A stretch of 64,000 nt of DNA, from positions 2,852,001 to 2,916,000 of the forward strand of contig NC_090340.1 in NCBI RefSeq assembly GCF_035084215.1, written 5' to 3'. Position 1 is the first letter of the stretch, and each line of letters opens with the position of its first letter. A program made the translations under genes and the position numbers. The DNA is from Heptranchias perlo. Taxonomy: Eukaryota. The notes beneath the pieces are model-generated. The model did no database searches. It had not been told where the DNA came from and worked only from the letters and a program-made list of their open reading frames with translations. Positions 27,110-41,679 of the stretch are shown here, piece by piece.

Positions 27110-29420
27110 TTTTTCCTAACCCAGATTTCCAGGACAATTGCTGAATCGAGACAGCTTTGGAAGATTATAGCTAAAACATCTCTAATTTCCTAATTTATTT
27201 CGTTTAAAAGCCTAGAGTGCAAACGATCAGGCCCTGAGGATTTGTCAGTCTTTAGTGCCATTATTTTTATCTAATACTGTTTGTTCATGTTAACTTTATT
27301 GAGTTCAATACCTTGATTCATTATTAGTTTCCAAGGAAAGTCACGTATATTATCCTGTTCATCTTCTGTTAAGACTGACACTAAGTAATTATTCAACAAT
27401 CTGCCATTTTCTTATTTTTAATTGCGATGTTACCCACGACTGTTTTTAAAGAGACCTCATTATTCTTGACAACCCTTTTTCTTCGAATATAATTGTAAAA
27501 ACTATTGGTGTTAATCTTGATATCCCACACAAGTCTTATTGATAATGCCATCACTCAAATCAATTTCTCCTAATCTCCACTTTGCTTCTTTTGCCAGTTA
27601 TCTTAAATTGGTAACCTTCAGTTATCGAACCACCTGCCATTGGAAAAAAAATCCTCATATACATTATCAAGTCCCCTCCTAATTTTGAACATGTCTATTG
27701 GATCTCCCTTTAACTTTCTCTGATCTTCGGTAATTAATCCCAGATTCACTTTTTTCCACCACATAAATGAAGTTCCTTATACCTGGTATCATTCTGGTAA
27801 GTCTCCTTTTCATCCGCTCCAAGACTTTGACATCCTTCCTAAATAGTGGTTCGCAGAATTGGACACAATTTTGTAGCTGCGGTCAAACCAGCGATTTTTA
27901 AGGGTTTGGCCAAATTTCCTTGCTTTTGTACTCTATGCCTCTATTTATAAAGCCTAAGATCCCGTATGTTTTTTTTAACAGCTTGATCAACTTGGCCTGC
28001 CGCTTCAATGATATGTGCATTTCCACCCCATGGTTTCTGTTCCTACACCCCCTTTAAAATTGTACCATTTCGTTTAGTTTTCCTCTCCCCATTCTCCCTT
28101 CCAAAATGTATCACTTAACGCTTATCTGCATTAAATTTCATCTGCCATGCATCTGCGCATTTCACCAGTCTTTCTATACCCTCCTGAAATCCGATATTAT
28201 ACTCCTCACTGTTTACTACACTTCTGAGTTTCGTGTCATCTGCAAATTATGAAATTATGCCCTGTATACACAAGTCAGGTCATTAATACTTTTTTAATAT
28301 TCGTTCATGGGATATGGGCGTCGCTGGCGAGGCTGGCATTTATTGCCCATCCCTAATTGCCCTTGAGAAGGTGGTGGTGATCCGCCTTCTTGAACCGCTG
28401 CAGTCCGTGTGGTGAAGGTTCCCCCACTGTGCTGTTGGGAAGGGAGTTCCAGGATTTTGACCCAGTGACGATGAAGGAACGGCGATATATTTCCAAGTCG
28501 GGATGGTATGTGACTTGGAGGGGAACGTGAAGGTGGTGATGTTCCCATGAACCTGCTGCTCTTGTCCGTCTAGGCGGTAGAGGTCACGGGTTTGGAAGCT
28601 GTTGTCGAAGAAGCCTTGGCGAGTTGCTGCAGTGTATCCTCTGGATGATACACACTGCAGCCACAGTGCGCCAGTGGTGATGGGAGTGAATGTTTAGGGT
28701 GGTGGATGGGGTGCCAATCGAGCGGGCTGTTTTATCCTGGATGGTGTCGAGCTTCTTGAGTGTTGTTGGAGCTGCACTCATCCAGGCAAGTGGAGATTAT
28801 TCCATCACAGTCCTGACTTGTGCCTTGCAGATGGTGGAAAGGCTTCGGGGAGTCCGGAGGTGAGTCACTCGCCGCAGAATACACAGGCTCTGACCTGCTC
28901 TTGTAGCCACAGTATTTATATTGCTGGTCCAGTTAATTTTCTGGTCAATGATGACACCCAGGATGTTGATGGTGGGGGATTCGGCGATTGTAATGCCGTT
29001 GAATGTCAAGGGGAAGTGGTTAGACTCTCTCTTGTTGGAGATGGTCATTGCCTGGCACTTGTCTGGTGCGAATGTTACTTGCCACTTATCAGCCCAAGCC
29101 TGGGTGTTGTCCAGGTCTTGCTGCATGCGGGCTCGGACTGCTTCATAATTTGAGGGGTTGTTAATCAATATATATCAAAAAGAGCAGTGTCCCAATACCG
29201 ACCTGTGGTGGGGGTCGGGGGGCACACCACTGTATACGTTCCTCCAAACTGAAAAACAACAGTTCATAACTGCTCCCTGATCTCTATCTCATAGCCAATG
29301 TCATATCCACATTCATTACGTGGGCTTCAATTTTGATAACAAGTATGCTATGTGGCACCCTATCGAACGTATTTTTTACGTCCATATATACAACAACCAC
29401 ACTACCGTGATCAACCCTCC
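27110..29420 (-). mobile_element. Decayed CR1 interrupted by a second-family LINE (about 28297-29160)
   Basis: CR1 RT sequence breaks at ...gtcaggtcattaata and resumes at tatatcaaaa. The insert encodes DKWQVTFAPDKCQ...KAQVRTVME, similar to 20293-21335. Confidence 0.85.
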
Positions 29421-29775
29421 CAAGCCCAGTGTTTGAAATGCTTCCATATAAGAGCCGCTTTCTGGAATTTGCTATATGAAGACTAAATATATAATTTGTA
29501 CTCTTATGCCGTCTGAAAAGTGATTGGATGAATTTAAGGAAAAGAGAAATGAATGTTGAGGAAAGAGAAGTGAAGGGAAAGCCTTCGTAGCTGGAACCTA
29601 TGCACCGAGCGCCGTGGGGGTCAGGAAACATGAAGCGGCGTGAATGGTATGCATATTAATAGCATTCTGTTCTGGAAGGTTTGTCCCTGGCCATTGATAC
29701 TTGAGAGAAGCATTGTGTGGGTGCATATTAGTGTCTGCTCCTACATATATACGTGGATTAAATTTTCATCCTATA

Positions 29776-32305
29776 AAAATTGAGGAGCAAATATGTAAGG
29801 AGATTAGAGACAGCTGCAAGAAAAATAGGGTGGTAATAGTAGGGGACTTTAACTTTCCCAACATTGACTGGGACAGCCATAGCATTAGGGGCTTGGATGG
29901 AGAGAAATGTGTTGAGTGTATTCAGGAGGAATTTCTCATTCAGTATGTGGATGACCAGACTAGAGAGGGGGCAAAACTTGACCTCCTCTTGGGAAATAAG
30001 GAAGGGCAGGTGACAGAAGTGTCAATGAGGGATCACTTTGGGACCAGTGATCATAATTCCATTAGTTTTAAGATAGCTATGGAGAATGATAGGTCTGGCC
30101 CAAAAGTTAAAATTCTAAATTGGGGAAAGGCCAATTTTGATGGTATTAGACAGGAACTTTCAGAAGTTGATTGGGAGAGTCTGTTGGCAGGCAAAGGGAC
30201 GTCTGGTAAGTGGGAGGCTTTCAAAAGTGTTCAGGGTAAGCACATTCCTTATAAAGTGAAGGGCAAGTTTGGTAGAAGTAGGGAACCTTGGATGACTCGG
30301 GAGATTGAGGCCCTAGTCAAAAGGAAGAAGGAGGCAAATGACATGCATAGACAGCTGGGATCAAGTGAATCCCTTGAAGAGTATAGAGATTGCCGGAGTA
30401 GAGTGAAGAGAGAAACCAGGAGGGCAAAAATGGGACATTAGATTGCTTTGGCAGGCAAGGCAAAGGAGAATCCAAAGAGCTTCTACAAATATGTAAAGGG
30501 CAAAAGAGTAACTAGGGAGAGAGTAGGGCCTCTTAAGGATCAACAAGGTCATCTATGTGCGGAACCACAAGAGATGGGTGAGATCCTAAATGAATATTTC
30601 ACATCAGTATTTACGGTTGAGAAAGGCATGGATGTTAGGGAACTTGGGGAAATAAATAGTGATGTCTTGAGGAGTGTAAATATTACAGAGAGGGAGGCGC
30701 TGGAAGTCTTAACGCACATCAATTAGATAAATCTCCAGGACCTGATGAAATGTATCCCAGGACGTTATGGGAGGTTAGGGAGGAAATTGCGGGTCCCCTT
30801 GCAGAGATATTTGAATCATCCACCGCTACAGGTGAGGTGCCTGAAGATTGGAGGGTAGCAAATGTTGTGCCTTTGTTTAAGAAGGGAGGCAGGGAAAAGC
30901 CTGGGAACTACAGACCGGTGAGCCTGACATCTGCAGTGAGTAAGTTGTTAGAGGGTATTCTGTGAGACAGGATCTACAGGCATTTGGAGAGGCAGGGACT
31001 GATTAGGAACAGTCAGCATGGTTTTGTGAGAGGAGAATCATGTCTCACGAATTTGATTGAGTTTTTTGAAGGGGTAACCAAGAAGATAGATGAGGGCTGT
31101 GCAGTAGACGTGGTCTACATGGACGTTAGCAAAGCCTTTGACAAGGTACCGCATGGTAGTTTGTTACATAAGTTTAAATCTCACGGGATCCAAGGTGAGG
31201 TAGCCAATTGGATACAAAATTGGATTGACGACAGAAGACAGAGGGTGGTTGTGGAGGGTTATGTTTCAAACTGGAGACCTGTGACCAGCGGTGTGCCTTA
31301 GGGATCGGTGCTGGGTCCGCTGTTATTTGTTATTTATATTAATGATTTGGATGAGAATTTAGGGGGCATGGTTAGTAAGTTTGCAGATGACACCAAGATT
31401 GGTGGCACTTTGGACAGTGAAGTAGGTTATCTAGGATTGCAACGGGATCTTGATAAATTGGGCCAGTGGGCCGATGAATGGCAGATGGAGTTTAATTTAG
31501 ATAAATGTGAGGTGCTGCATTTTGGTAGATCGAATCGGGCCAGGACCTACTCCGTTAATGGTAGGGCGTTGGGGAGAGTTATAGAACAAAGAGATCTAGG
31601 AGTACAGGTTCATAGCTCCTTGCAAGTGGAGTCACAGGTGGATAGGGTGGTGAAGAAGGCATTCAGCATGCTTGGTTTCATTGGTCAGAACATTGAATGC
31701 AGGAGTTGGGATGTCTTGTTGAAGTTGTACAGGGCATTGGTGAGGCCACACTTGGAGTACTGTGTACAGTTCTGGTCACCCTATTATAGAAAGGATATTA
31801 TTAAACTAGAAAGAGTGCAGAAAAGATTTACTAGGATGCTACCGGGACTTGATGGTTTGACTTACAGGGAGAGGTTAGACAGACTGGGCCTTTTTTCCCT
31901 GGAGAGTAGGAGGTTTAGTGGTGATCTTATAGAAGTCTATAAATTAATGAGGGGCATAGATAAGGTCGATAGTCAAAATCTTTTCGCAAAGGTAGGGGAG
32001 TCTATAACGAGGGGGCATAGATTCAAGGTGAGAGGGGAGAGATACAAAAGGGTCCAGGAGGGGCAATTTTTTAACTCAAAGGGTGGTGAGTGTCTGGAAC
32101 GAGCTGCCAGAGGCAGTAGTAGAGGCGGGTACAATTTTGTCTTTTTAATATTATTTGGACAGTTACATGGGTCGGATGGGTATCGAGGGATATGTGCCAA
32201 GTGTAGGCAATTGGGACTAGCTTAGTGGTATAAACTGGGCGACATGGACATGTTGGGCCGAAGGGCCTGTTTCCATGTTGTAAACTTCTATGATTCTATG
32301 ATTCT
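29776..32305 (+). mobile_element. CR1 LINE, young subfamily, about 2.5 kb with few disablements
   Basis: VGDFNFPNIDW, PEDWRVANV, QHGFVRG, KFADDTK; same 3' UTR and ctatgattct tail as 13856-14860. Confidence 0.93.
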
Positions 32306-33559
32306 AAATAAAACATAATTAAAGATACATTACGTCATACTTCAAAGGAAACTGATCTACACAAAAAATCCCTAGACATATCCCTATTTATGGCTGTTCA
32401 TCTATTAAAGAAGTAGCAAGCAACCTTTTGACTTAATAGTTCATACTTTTGCCGCTACCATTTTCGGGAGTGTGGTGTTGAGAGCAGCGGGATCACGGGA
32501 TCAGTTGTAACGAATTAACAAGTCATCAGCGCAACAGCAGCCACAGTATCTAAACCAGAACATGTATGCCCATAGTTAAGCAATCATTGCAATCCAGACT
32601 AACTCGCGGTATTAAATTGTCTTGAGCCACAACATGACCTGCCGTTGCATAGTTACTGAAATACGGGTAATGTGTTATGGGCGAGCCGCATAGGAAATTA
32701 AATGGAAGATTTCCCAGGTCAGTTGTTGCTAGCCAAATCATTTTTTTCCAAAATAAATGGTTTGCAACATCGCTAGAAATAAATATTCGGTCACTATTTG
32801 CTGCTGAGTTAAGTATTTGCTGATATGGTGACCTGTCGGAAATCATCTCCGCAAATGTGCAATAGCTGGAACCAATAACCACAAGGCGTATTTCCATTAT
32901 GATGCAATCAAAAGACTTATATTCAGTGCTTGAACTCCTGGTGCCCGGAAATGAACCAATAAGCAGCTTCTTTTATTTATCTCAAAACTGTGAGGTACTT
33001 TTTCAACAAGACTTTAAAATAGGTCAGAAAATCAAATTTCCCCTCGACTGATATGTCAACTATTTCCTGTAGAATGATGTACGTCCAAGTAGGTAGAGTT
33101 TAGCCGAATCGCAGAGACCACAAATGAACTCTTTCACTGTTGAACCTATATTGCTTCACATTGTGTTAACTGGTGCAAAAGGATGCTTGAACTCTAGTCT
33201 GAAACATTATCATGATCAGTCAATACATTTACGAGAAATCCAAAAGTAATCTGCTGTCATTATTAAACAACAGTCCAGTTTAATTCGCACTTTGAAAAGT
33301 AAATTATCACTGTAGTTCAACAATAGTATAAAAAACTGAAAATGACAAACGAGAATGAGTAACTGAATTGGAATAAGAAGTATACGACTTTTTTTCCAGA
33401 ACCAGGAATTTGCGGAGCTAACAGACAGTTCTTAGCTCTACTTGGTAATGGGAAATGACCCAGAAGGCATAAAAAAGCCGATAGAGATGAAGCTGTTACT
33501 GATGTGAAACACAAAATTAATTCATTGTAATAAAAGGAAGGATTTACAGCTACACATTA

Positions 33560-36500
33560 ATGTCTAAGGAACCTGGTTGAATATTTTGAGGAGGTAACTA
33601 ACAGGTAGAAAGTAGCAATTCACCCGATCCAAGTGGGATGCATCCTCGGTTCCCGAGGGAAGTAAGGATGGAACTTACGGAGGCTCTGGCCACAATATTT
33701 CAGTCCTCCTTCGACATGGGGGTGGTGCTGGAGGACTGGAGGGATGCAAATGTTACACCCTGTTCAAAAAAGGGGAGAGGGATAAACCCAGCAATTACAG
33801 TCCAGTCAGCCTAACGTCGGTGGTGGGGAAGCTTTTAGAGCCAATAACCCTGGACAAAATTTATTGACACTTAAAAAGGTATGGGCTAATAAATGGGCAC
33901 GGAATTGTTAAAGGAAAATCGTGTTTGATTGGCTTGTTTGAGTTACTTAGAATTACACAGGATGCACACAACAGAAACAGGTTATTTGGCCCAACAGGTC
34001 GATGCCGGTGTTTATGCTCCACATGAACATCCTACTTCCCCACTTCATCTCACCCTATCAGCATATGCTTCTATTCCTTTCTCCCTCATATGTTTACCAT
34101 CTTCCACTTAAAATAATCTATGCTAGTCGGCTGAACTGCTCCATGTGATAGCGAGTTCCACATTTTAACACTCTCAGGGTAAAGAAGTTTCTCCTGAATT
34201 CCTTATTGGAATTATTAGTATTTATCTTATATTTATGGACCCTAGTTCTGGTCTCTCCCGCAATTGGAAATATCTTCTCTATGTCTACCCTATTAAACAC
34301 TTTCATAATCTTAAAGACCTCTATCAGTTCATCCCTCAGTATTCTCTTCCATAGAGACAAGAGCCCCAGCCTGCTCAATCTTTCTTGATAGCTATAACCT
34401 CTCAGTTCTGGTATGATCCTAGTAAATCTTGTTTGCAACTACTCCTGTGCCTCCGCTATATCCTGTTTTTTTAATATGGAGACCAGAATTGTTCGCATTA
34501 CTCCAACTGTGGTCTAACCAAGGTTCAATACAAGTTTAACATAACTTCTCTGCTTTTCAATTCTATCTCTGTAGAAATGAACCCCAGTACTTGGTTTGAT
34601 TTTTTATGGCCGCATTAACCTGCATCTCTACTTTTAGTGATTTATGTATCTGTACCCCCGGTCCTTCTGCTCATCTACCCCATTTAGATTCTTATTATCC
34701 AAGCAGTATGTGGCCCCCTTAGTCTTCCTAAACAAAAGGAATACATCATACTATCTATATTGAAATTCATTTTGCCAATTACACGTTCATTCTGCAAGTT
34801 TATTAATGTATTTCTGCATTCCTACTCGGTATTAACTATACTCCGCAATTTCCTGTTGTCGTTCTTTGATAAAGGAACGAAGAGGGTTGATGAGAGTGGT
34901 GCAGTTGTTATTCTGAATATGGACTTGATAGGCTTGTTAGCAAAATTAAACCCCACGACGTTAAAGGGACAGTGGCAGCGTGGATACAAGTTTGGGCAAG
35001 GGACAGAAAACAGAGAGTAGTGGTGAACGGTTATCTTTCAGACTGGAGGGAAGAATACAGTAATGTTGTCTAGGGGTCAGTATTACGACTACTGCTCGTT
35101 TTGATATATATTAATGAACTGGACTTAGGTATGGAGGGAATAATTTCAAAGCCGCAGATGAAACGAAACTCAGAAATGTAATAAGCAATGTGGAAGGTAG
35201 CAATAGAGTTTAGGAGGACCTAGACAGAGTGGTGAAATGTTCAGACACATGGCAGATTAAATTTGACTCAAAGAAGTGTGAAGTGATATATTTTAGTAGG
35301 AGGAATGCGAAGAGACAAAATAAACTAAAAGGTGCAATTTTAAAGGGGGTGCAGGAACAGAGGTGTATGGTCAAAAGTATTTCAAGGTGGCAGGACAAGT
35401 TGAGAAGGCTGTTAAAAAGCAGATGGGATCCTAGGCTTTATTAATAGAGGCTTATAATACAAAAGCAAGGAAGTTATGATAGAAACATAGAAACATAGAA
35501 AGTAGGAGCAGGAGTTGACCATTCATCCCTTCGATCCTGCTTCGCCATTCAATATGATCATGGCTGATCCTCTATCTAATTACGATATTCTCGCTCTCTC
35601 CCCATACCCCTTGATGCCTTTTGTGTCTGGAAATCTATCTAGCTCCTTTTTAAATATATTCAGTGACTTGGACTCCACAGCCTTCTGTGGTAGAGAATTC
35701 CACAGGTTCACCACCCTCTGAGTGAATAAATTTCTTCTAATCTCAGTCCTCAATGTCCTATCCGTATCCTGAGAATGTGACCCCTCGTTCTGGACCCCAG
35801 AGCCAGGGGAAACAACCTCCCAGCACCCAGTCTGTCTAGCCCTGTCAGAATCTTATATGTTTCAATGAGATCCCCTCTCATTCTTCTAAACTCGAGTGAA
35901 TACAGGCCAAGTCGACCCAATCTCTCCTCATATGACAGTCCTGCCATCCCAGGGAGCAAGTTATTATCTTAATGGCAAGAAACTGGAAAGTACTGCAGTA
36001 CAGAGGGATCTGGGGGTCCTAGTGCAAGAAAATCAAAAAGTTAGTATGCAGGTGCAGCAGGTGATCAAGAAGGCCAACGGAATATTGGCTTTTATTGCTA
36101 GGGGGATAGAATATAAAAACAGGGATGTATTGCTGCAGTTATATATTGTAAACAATTTTACAACACCAAGTTATAGTCCAGCAATTTTATTTTCAATTCA
36201 CAAGCTTTCGGAGGCTTCCTCCTTCGTCAGGTGAACGATGTTCACCTGTTCACATCGCAGTTATATAAGGTATTGGTGAGACCGCACCTGGAATACTGCA
36301 TACAGTTTTGGTCTCCATACTTAAGAAAAGACATACTTGCTCTCGAGGCAGTACAAAGAAGGTTCACTCGGTTAATCCCGGGGATGAGGGGGCGGACATA
36401 TGAGGAGAGGTTGAGTAGATTGGGACTCTACTCATTGGAGTTCAGAAGAATGAGAGGCGATCTTATTGAAACATATAAGATTGCGAAGGGGCTTGATCGG

Positions 36501-39500
36501 GTGGATGCGGTAAGGATGTTCCCAAGGATGGGTGAAACAAGAACTAGGGGGCATAATCATAGAATAAGGGGCTGCTCTTTCAAAACTGAGATGAGGAGAA
36601 ACCTCTTCACTCAGAGGGTAGTAGGTCTGTGGAATTTGCTGCCCCAGGAATCTGTGGAAGCTACATCATTAAATAAATTTAAAACAAATCGACAGTTTCC
36701 TCGAAGTAAAGGGAATTACGGTGAGCGGGCAGGAAATTGGACATGAATTTAGATTTGAGGTTAGGATCAGATCAGCCATGATCTTATTGAATGGCGGAGC
36801 AGGCTCGAGGGGCCGATTGGCCTACTCCTGCTCCTATTTCTTATGTTCTTAAAACTGTATGCAGTACTCCAGTCATGGTCTCACCAAAGCCCTGTACAAC
36901 TCTAGCAAGACTTCCTTACTCTTGTACTCCAACTCCCTTGCAACAACTCATTGTTTTCCTACTTGCTTGATGTTAACTTTCTGTGATTTGTGTACAACGA
37001 CAGCCAGATTCCTCTGAATATCAACATTTCCTATTCTCTCACTCTTTTAAAAAATATCCTGCTTTTTTATTCTTGCTACCAAAGTGGATAATTTCACATT
37101 TCCACACATTATACTCCATCTGCCCCATTCTTACCCAATCACTTAACCTGTCTATATCCGTTTGCAGCCTCTTTGCGCCCTCCTCACCACTTACTTTTCC
37201 ACCTAGCTTTGTATCGTCAGCAATCTTGTATACATTATACTCGTTCCCCTCATTTAAGTCATTGATATGGATTCTAAGTAGCTGAGATCCAAGCACTGAT
37301 CCCTGAGACACCGAACTAGTTACAAGCTGCCAACCGGAAAATGACCAGTTTATTCCAATACTCTGTTTTATATCCGTCACCCTATCCTCAATCCATGCTG
37401 ATATGTTACCCCCAATTGCATGAGCCCTAATCTGTGTAACAAACTCTTTTGTTGCATCTTCTCGAATGCCTTTTGAAATCCAAATATACGACTCCCACTG
37501 GTTCCCCTTATCTACCCTGTTAGTTACACCCTCAAAAAACTCTAATAGATTTGTCAAATACGAATTACCTTTCAGATTTAACTTTCTTACACGAAACACA
37601 GAAACTTAACATGCAGGTACATCAAGCAAGTAGGAAAACAAATGGGATAAAGCAAGGGAGTTAGAGAGTGTTGACTCTGGAACCATAGAACCATAGAAAA
37701 GATTCAGCACAGAAGGGGGCCATTCGGCCCATTGTGTCCGCGCCGGCTCGAACAAAAACCAGGTGCCCAATCTAATCCCACCTTCCAGCACCCGGTCCGT
37801 TTCCCTGCACCTTACAGCACTTTAGGTGCAGGTTCAGGTACTTTTTAAAAGAGTTGAGGGTCCCTGCCTCTACCACCAATTCGAACAGCTAATTCTATAC
37901 ACCCACCACCCTCTGGGTAAAAGGTTTTTCCTCATGTCCCCTCTAATCCTTCCGCCAATCAGCTTAAATCTAGGTCCTCTAGTTCTTGAACTCTTCGCTC
38001 GGGGAAACAGGTACTTCCTGTCTACTCTATCTGGGCCCCTCATAATTTTGTACACCTCAATCAGGTCTCCCCTCAGCCTCCTCTGCGCCAAGGAAAACAA
38101 CCCCAGACTATCCAATCTCTCCTCGTAGCTGCAATTTTGAAGCCCTGGTAACATTCTTGTAAATCTTCTCTGCACTCTCTCCAGAGCAATTACGTCCTTC
38201 CTGTGATGTGGTGAACAGAACTGTGCACAATACTCCAGCTGTGGCCTTACCAGCGTTTTATACAGTTCCATCATTACATCCCTGCTTTTGTATTCTATGC
38301 CTCGACTAATAATGGAGAGCATTCCGTATGCCTTCTTCACAACCTTATCTGCCTGTACTGCCACCTTCAGGGACCTGTACACATACACTCCAACGTCTCT
38401 CACTTCCTCTACCCCTCTCAATATATTCCCGGTTACTGCGTATTCCCTTTCAATGTTTGCCCTCCCTAAAGGCATTATCTCACACTTCTCCCGGTTGAAC
38501 TCCATTTGTCACTTTTCCTCCCACTCCACCAACCCATTGAAATCTTCTTGGAGTCTACAGCTATCCCCTTCACTATGAACTACACGGCCAATTTTGAGTC
38601 GTCTGCAAGATGAGACTCTGCCTAATCATATTATGATTTACTATGTACCCTGATACCACGTCCTTCATAATAGATTATAGCATTTTCGCTACTACTGATG
38701 TCAGGCTAACTGGCCTATCGTGCCATATTTCCTCTCTCCCTCTTTCCTTGAATATTATTATAGCAATATCTTCTGCACCCTTTCCAAGGCCTTGGTATCT
38801 TTCCTAAAGTGTGGTGCCCAGAATTGGATACAATACTCCAGCTAAGGCCTAACCAGTAATTGATAATATCATAACTTCCCTGCTTTTGTACTGTATGCCT
38901 CCATTTACAAGGCCAGGATCTCGTAAGCTTTATAATAGCTTTATCAACTTGTCCATTCGCTTTCAAAAATTTGGTATGTAAATCCCCAGGTCTCTCTGAA
39001 AGTGCACCCCCTTTAATACCATGCCAGCGGTTAAGATAGCATAGGGGATCCTGGGCTTTATAAATAGAGGCATAAAATACAAAAGCAGGAGGTTATGATG
39101 AATCTTCATAAAACACTGTTTCGGCTACAACTGGTGTGTTGTGTCCAGTTCTGGGCACCGCAATTTAGGAAGGATGTTAAGGTCTTAGAGAGGGTGTAGA
39201 AAAGATTTACTGGAATGATTTCAGTCATGAGGGACTTAAGTTACGTGCATAGACTGGAGAAGCTAGGGTAGTTCTCCTTAGAGCAGAGAAGGTTGAGAGG
39301 AGATTTGACAGAGGTTTTCAAAATCATGAAGGGTCGGGACAGAGTAGATAGCGAGAAACTGTTCCCATTGGCGGAGGGGTTAAGAGACAGAGGGCAAGAT
39401 TTAAGGTGATTGGAAAAAGAAACAAAGGCGACATGAGAAAAAAACATTTTTATGCAGCGAGTGGTAATGATCTGGAATGCACCGCCCGAGGGGATGGTGG

Positions 39501-40480
39501 AGGCAGATTCAATCTTGGCTTTAAAAGGGGAATTGGATAGGTATTTAAAGAAAAAGAATTGCAGGGCTACGGGGATACGGCGGTGAAGAGGGATTCGATG
39601 GGTTGCTCTAGCAGAGAGCCTGCACGGACTTGATGGGCCGAATGGCCTTCTTCCGTGCTGTAACCATTCTATGATTCTATAATTGTGTGATTTCATTTAT
39701 ATTGGCCCTCTTCATTCATCCTTCCAAAATGCATCACTTTACACTTCTTTGCGTTAAATTTTATCTGCTATGTGTTTGCCCATTTCAACAGTTCGTCTAA
39801 GTCCTCCTGCAGTCTGCTACTATCCTCCTGAATGCATTGCCGAGTTTTGAACTGTCTGCAAACTTTGAAATGATGCTTTTCATACCGAAGTCGAGGTCAG
39901 TAATATACATCAACAAGAGCAGTGTGTCCTCATACCGCTGGAGGATACCATTATATTTTCCTCCAGTCTAAAAAACAAACGTTCAACAGTACTCTCTTTT
40001 CTGTTTCGTATCCACAGTGCCACTGTATCATTAATCCCATTGGATTGAATTTTGCTAAATGTCTATTATGTGCAAATTTAGAATCTCAGTTATGCCCTCT
40101 GCCTCCACAAAGAGATTTCCTCATAGATCCTTAATAGGTCGCACCCTTCCTTCGACTATCCTATTACTCTGTATATGTTTGTAAATGATTTTAGTATTTC
40201 CCTTTATATTACCTGATAACCTTTTCTCATACATTCTCTTTGGCTCTCATTTCATTTTCAGTTCTCCTCTGCACGTTCTGTATTCTGTTTGATTCTCTAT
40301 TGTATTATGAACCTAACATTTATCAGATTCCGCCCTTTTCTGTTTCATTTTAATATCAATATTTTTAGTCATCCAGTGACCTCTAGCTTTGCATGCCCTT
40401 CTATCCCCACCCCTCATAGGAATGAATTTCTTCTTTATCTGTACTGTGTCCTGCTTGAATTCCACCCATTGTTCGTTTAA
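33560..40480. mobile_element. Nest of CR1 fragments in both orientations
   Basis: Approximate pieces: + 33560-33945 resuming 34860-35478; - 33950-34850; - 35478-35953; + 35954-36850; - 36855-37560; - 37683-38610; - 38760-39020 resuming 39700-40480; + 39030-39680. Each has CR1 RT or 3' motifs in the ORF track. Confidence 0.85.
36146..36256 (-). mobile_element. Penelope-like insertion 3 (one full arm, intact minimal hammerhead) inside a CR1 ORF
   Basis: TSD gcagttatata at 36135-36145 and 36257-36267, interrupting CR1 ...LLQLY|KVLVRPHLEY. Minus strand reads ttcac-CTGACGA-A-GGAGG-AAG-CCTCC-GAAA-GCTT-gtgaa. The right arm is reduced to gttcacctg...cacatc. Confidence 0.85.
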
Positions 40481-41679
40481 TGTTTTAGTAAATGACAACA
40501 AGTTTCTTTGTTCAAACATGAGATTTATTGCCACAAGAAATAAATGGAAGGACTGTGGATTGTGATGATCTCCTAAGTAGGTCTGCAGATAAGTCTTTGC
40601 GTAATGTTGAACAATGGGAATCATTTACTGTACGAGGGATTTTATTTTCCCAGATACCCATTTGCCTCATCCTGAGCTACCTAGTTTTCGGGTGGAGGTT
40701 GTGGCGGGGCGGGGGTGGGGGGTGGGGCGGGCGGAGGGCGTGGGAGTGAAATGTTGTGGATATTATAAATGATTGTTTATTTATACGAGATGTTAAACCA
40801 AGCAATATGCGAATTCAGGTCAGAAAATGAAAGGTGTTGAAGATCCATGGTCAGAGTCGCATGTCTGTCATAAAAGCAATTGAGTGTTAGGATGCAGTGC
40901 AAAACTAAAAGTACGATCGCAATCTTATACAATATCACGCTCCGGTTTCATCCAGAAAACTTTGCCCAATTTGCGTCCCTCGTATGATTAGGAATATCAA
41001 GGCTCTGATAAAGATTGAAAGAAGGAGCGCTCGATTGATGCGAAGTTTAAGGAGCCTGAGTCATCAGAAAACTCTTAGAGAGTTGACTTTTTATCATGTT
41101 TTTAAATTTTGAAGGAAATAGATTATTTTCAAGCGGTAGATTATTTAAATTAGATAGGCAGCAGGGAGCTCGGGATATCAATATAAACTGCGAAGCATAA
41201 GCTTAGAGTAAATGCCTGGTCGGTCTTCTTTTGCAGAGTTGTGGATCTGTGGAACAAGTAACCAGCGCTGGCGCTGAGTGTAATTTCGCTACAGGCGTTC
41301 AAATAGGAGCAGGAAGAGTTCCTGCAAGTGAAAGATATCTCCAGTGGTAGAGTTGGGTGGATGGGATAGTGATATTGGTTATTGTGATCATGTGGCTTTA
41401 ACTTGATTGTCTGCAGAGGTCAGTGAGGAATGTTCCAGATTTATTTTATTTAAAAATGGAGGAAAGTTATTTTTCTCTTTTTTAGCTCTCCCAAGATATT
41501 GCTTGGTCGGGGCTGGGGGAGGAGAGCTGGGTTAGATTATGGACAGAGAAAGCTCGGTTGAGCGACTGGTCATTTCGTGGCCTTTCTTGTAAGCTAGGAT
41601 CAGATTTCTGGATCTTACATCCGAGAGATTGAGTAGATTCAGATACTCCCGACTTTGAGACACAGATAAGGAAGTGCTA

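Noticed and set aside
35478-36850. Head-to-head CR1 pair as a twin-priming inversion
   Set aside because: Each half has its own, different 3' UTR and tail, so these are two separate insertions.
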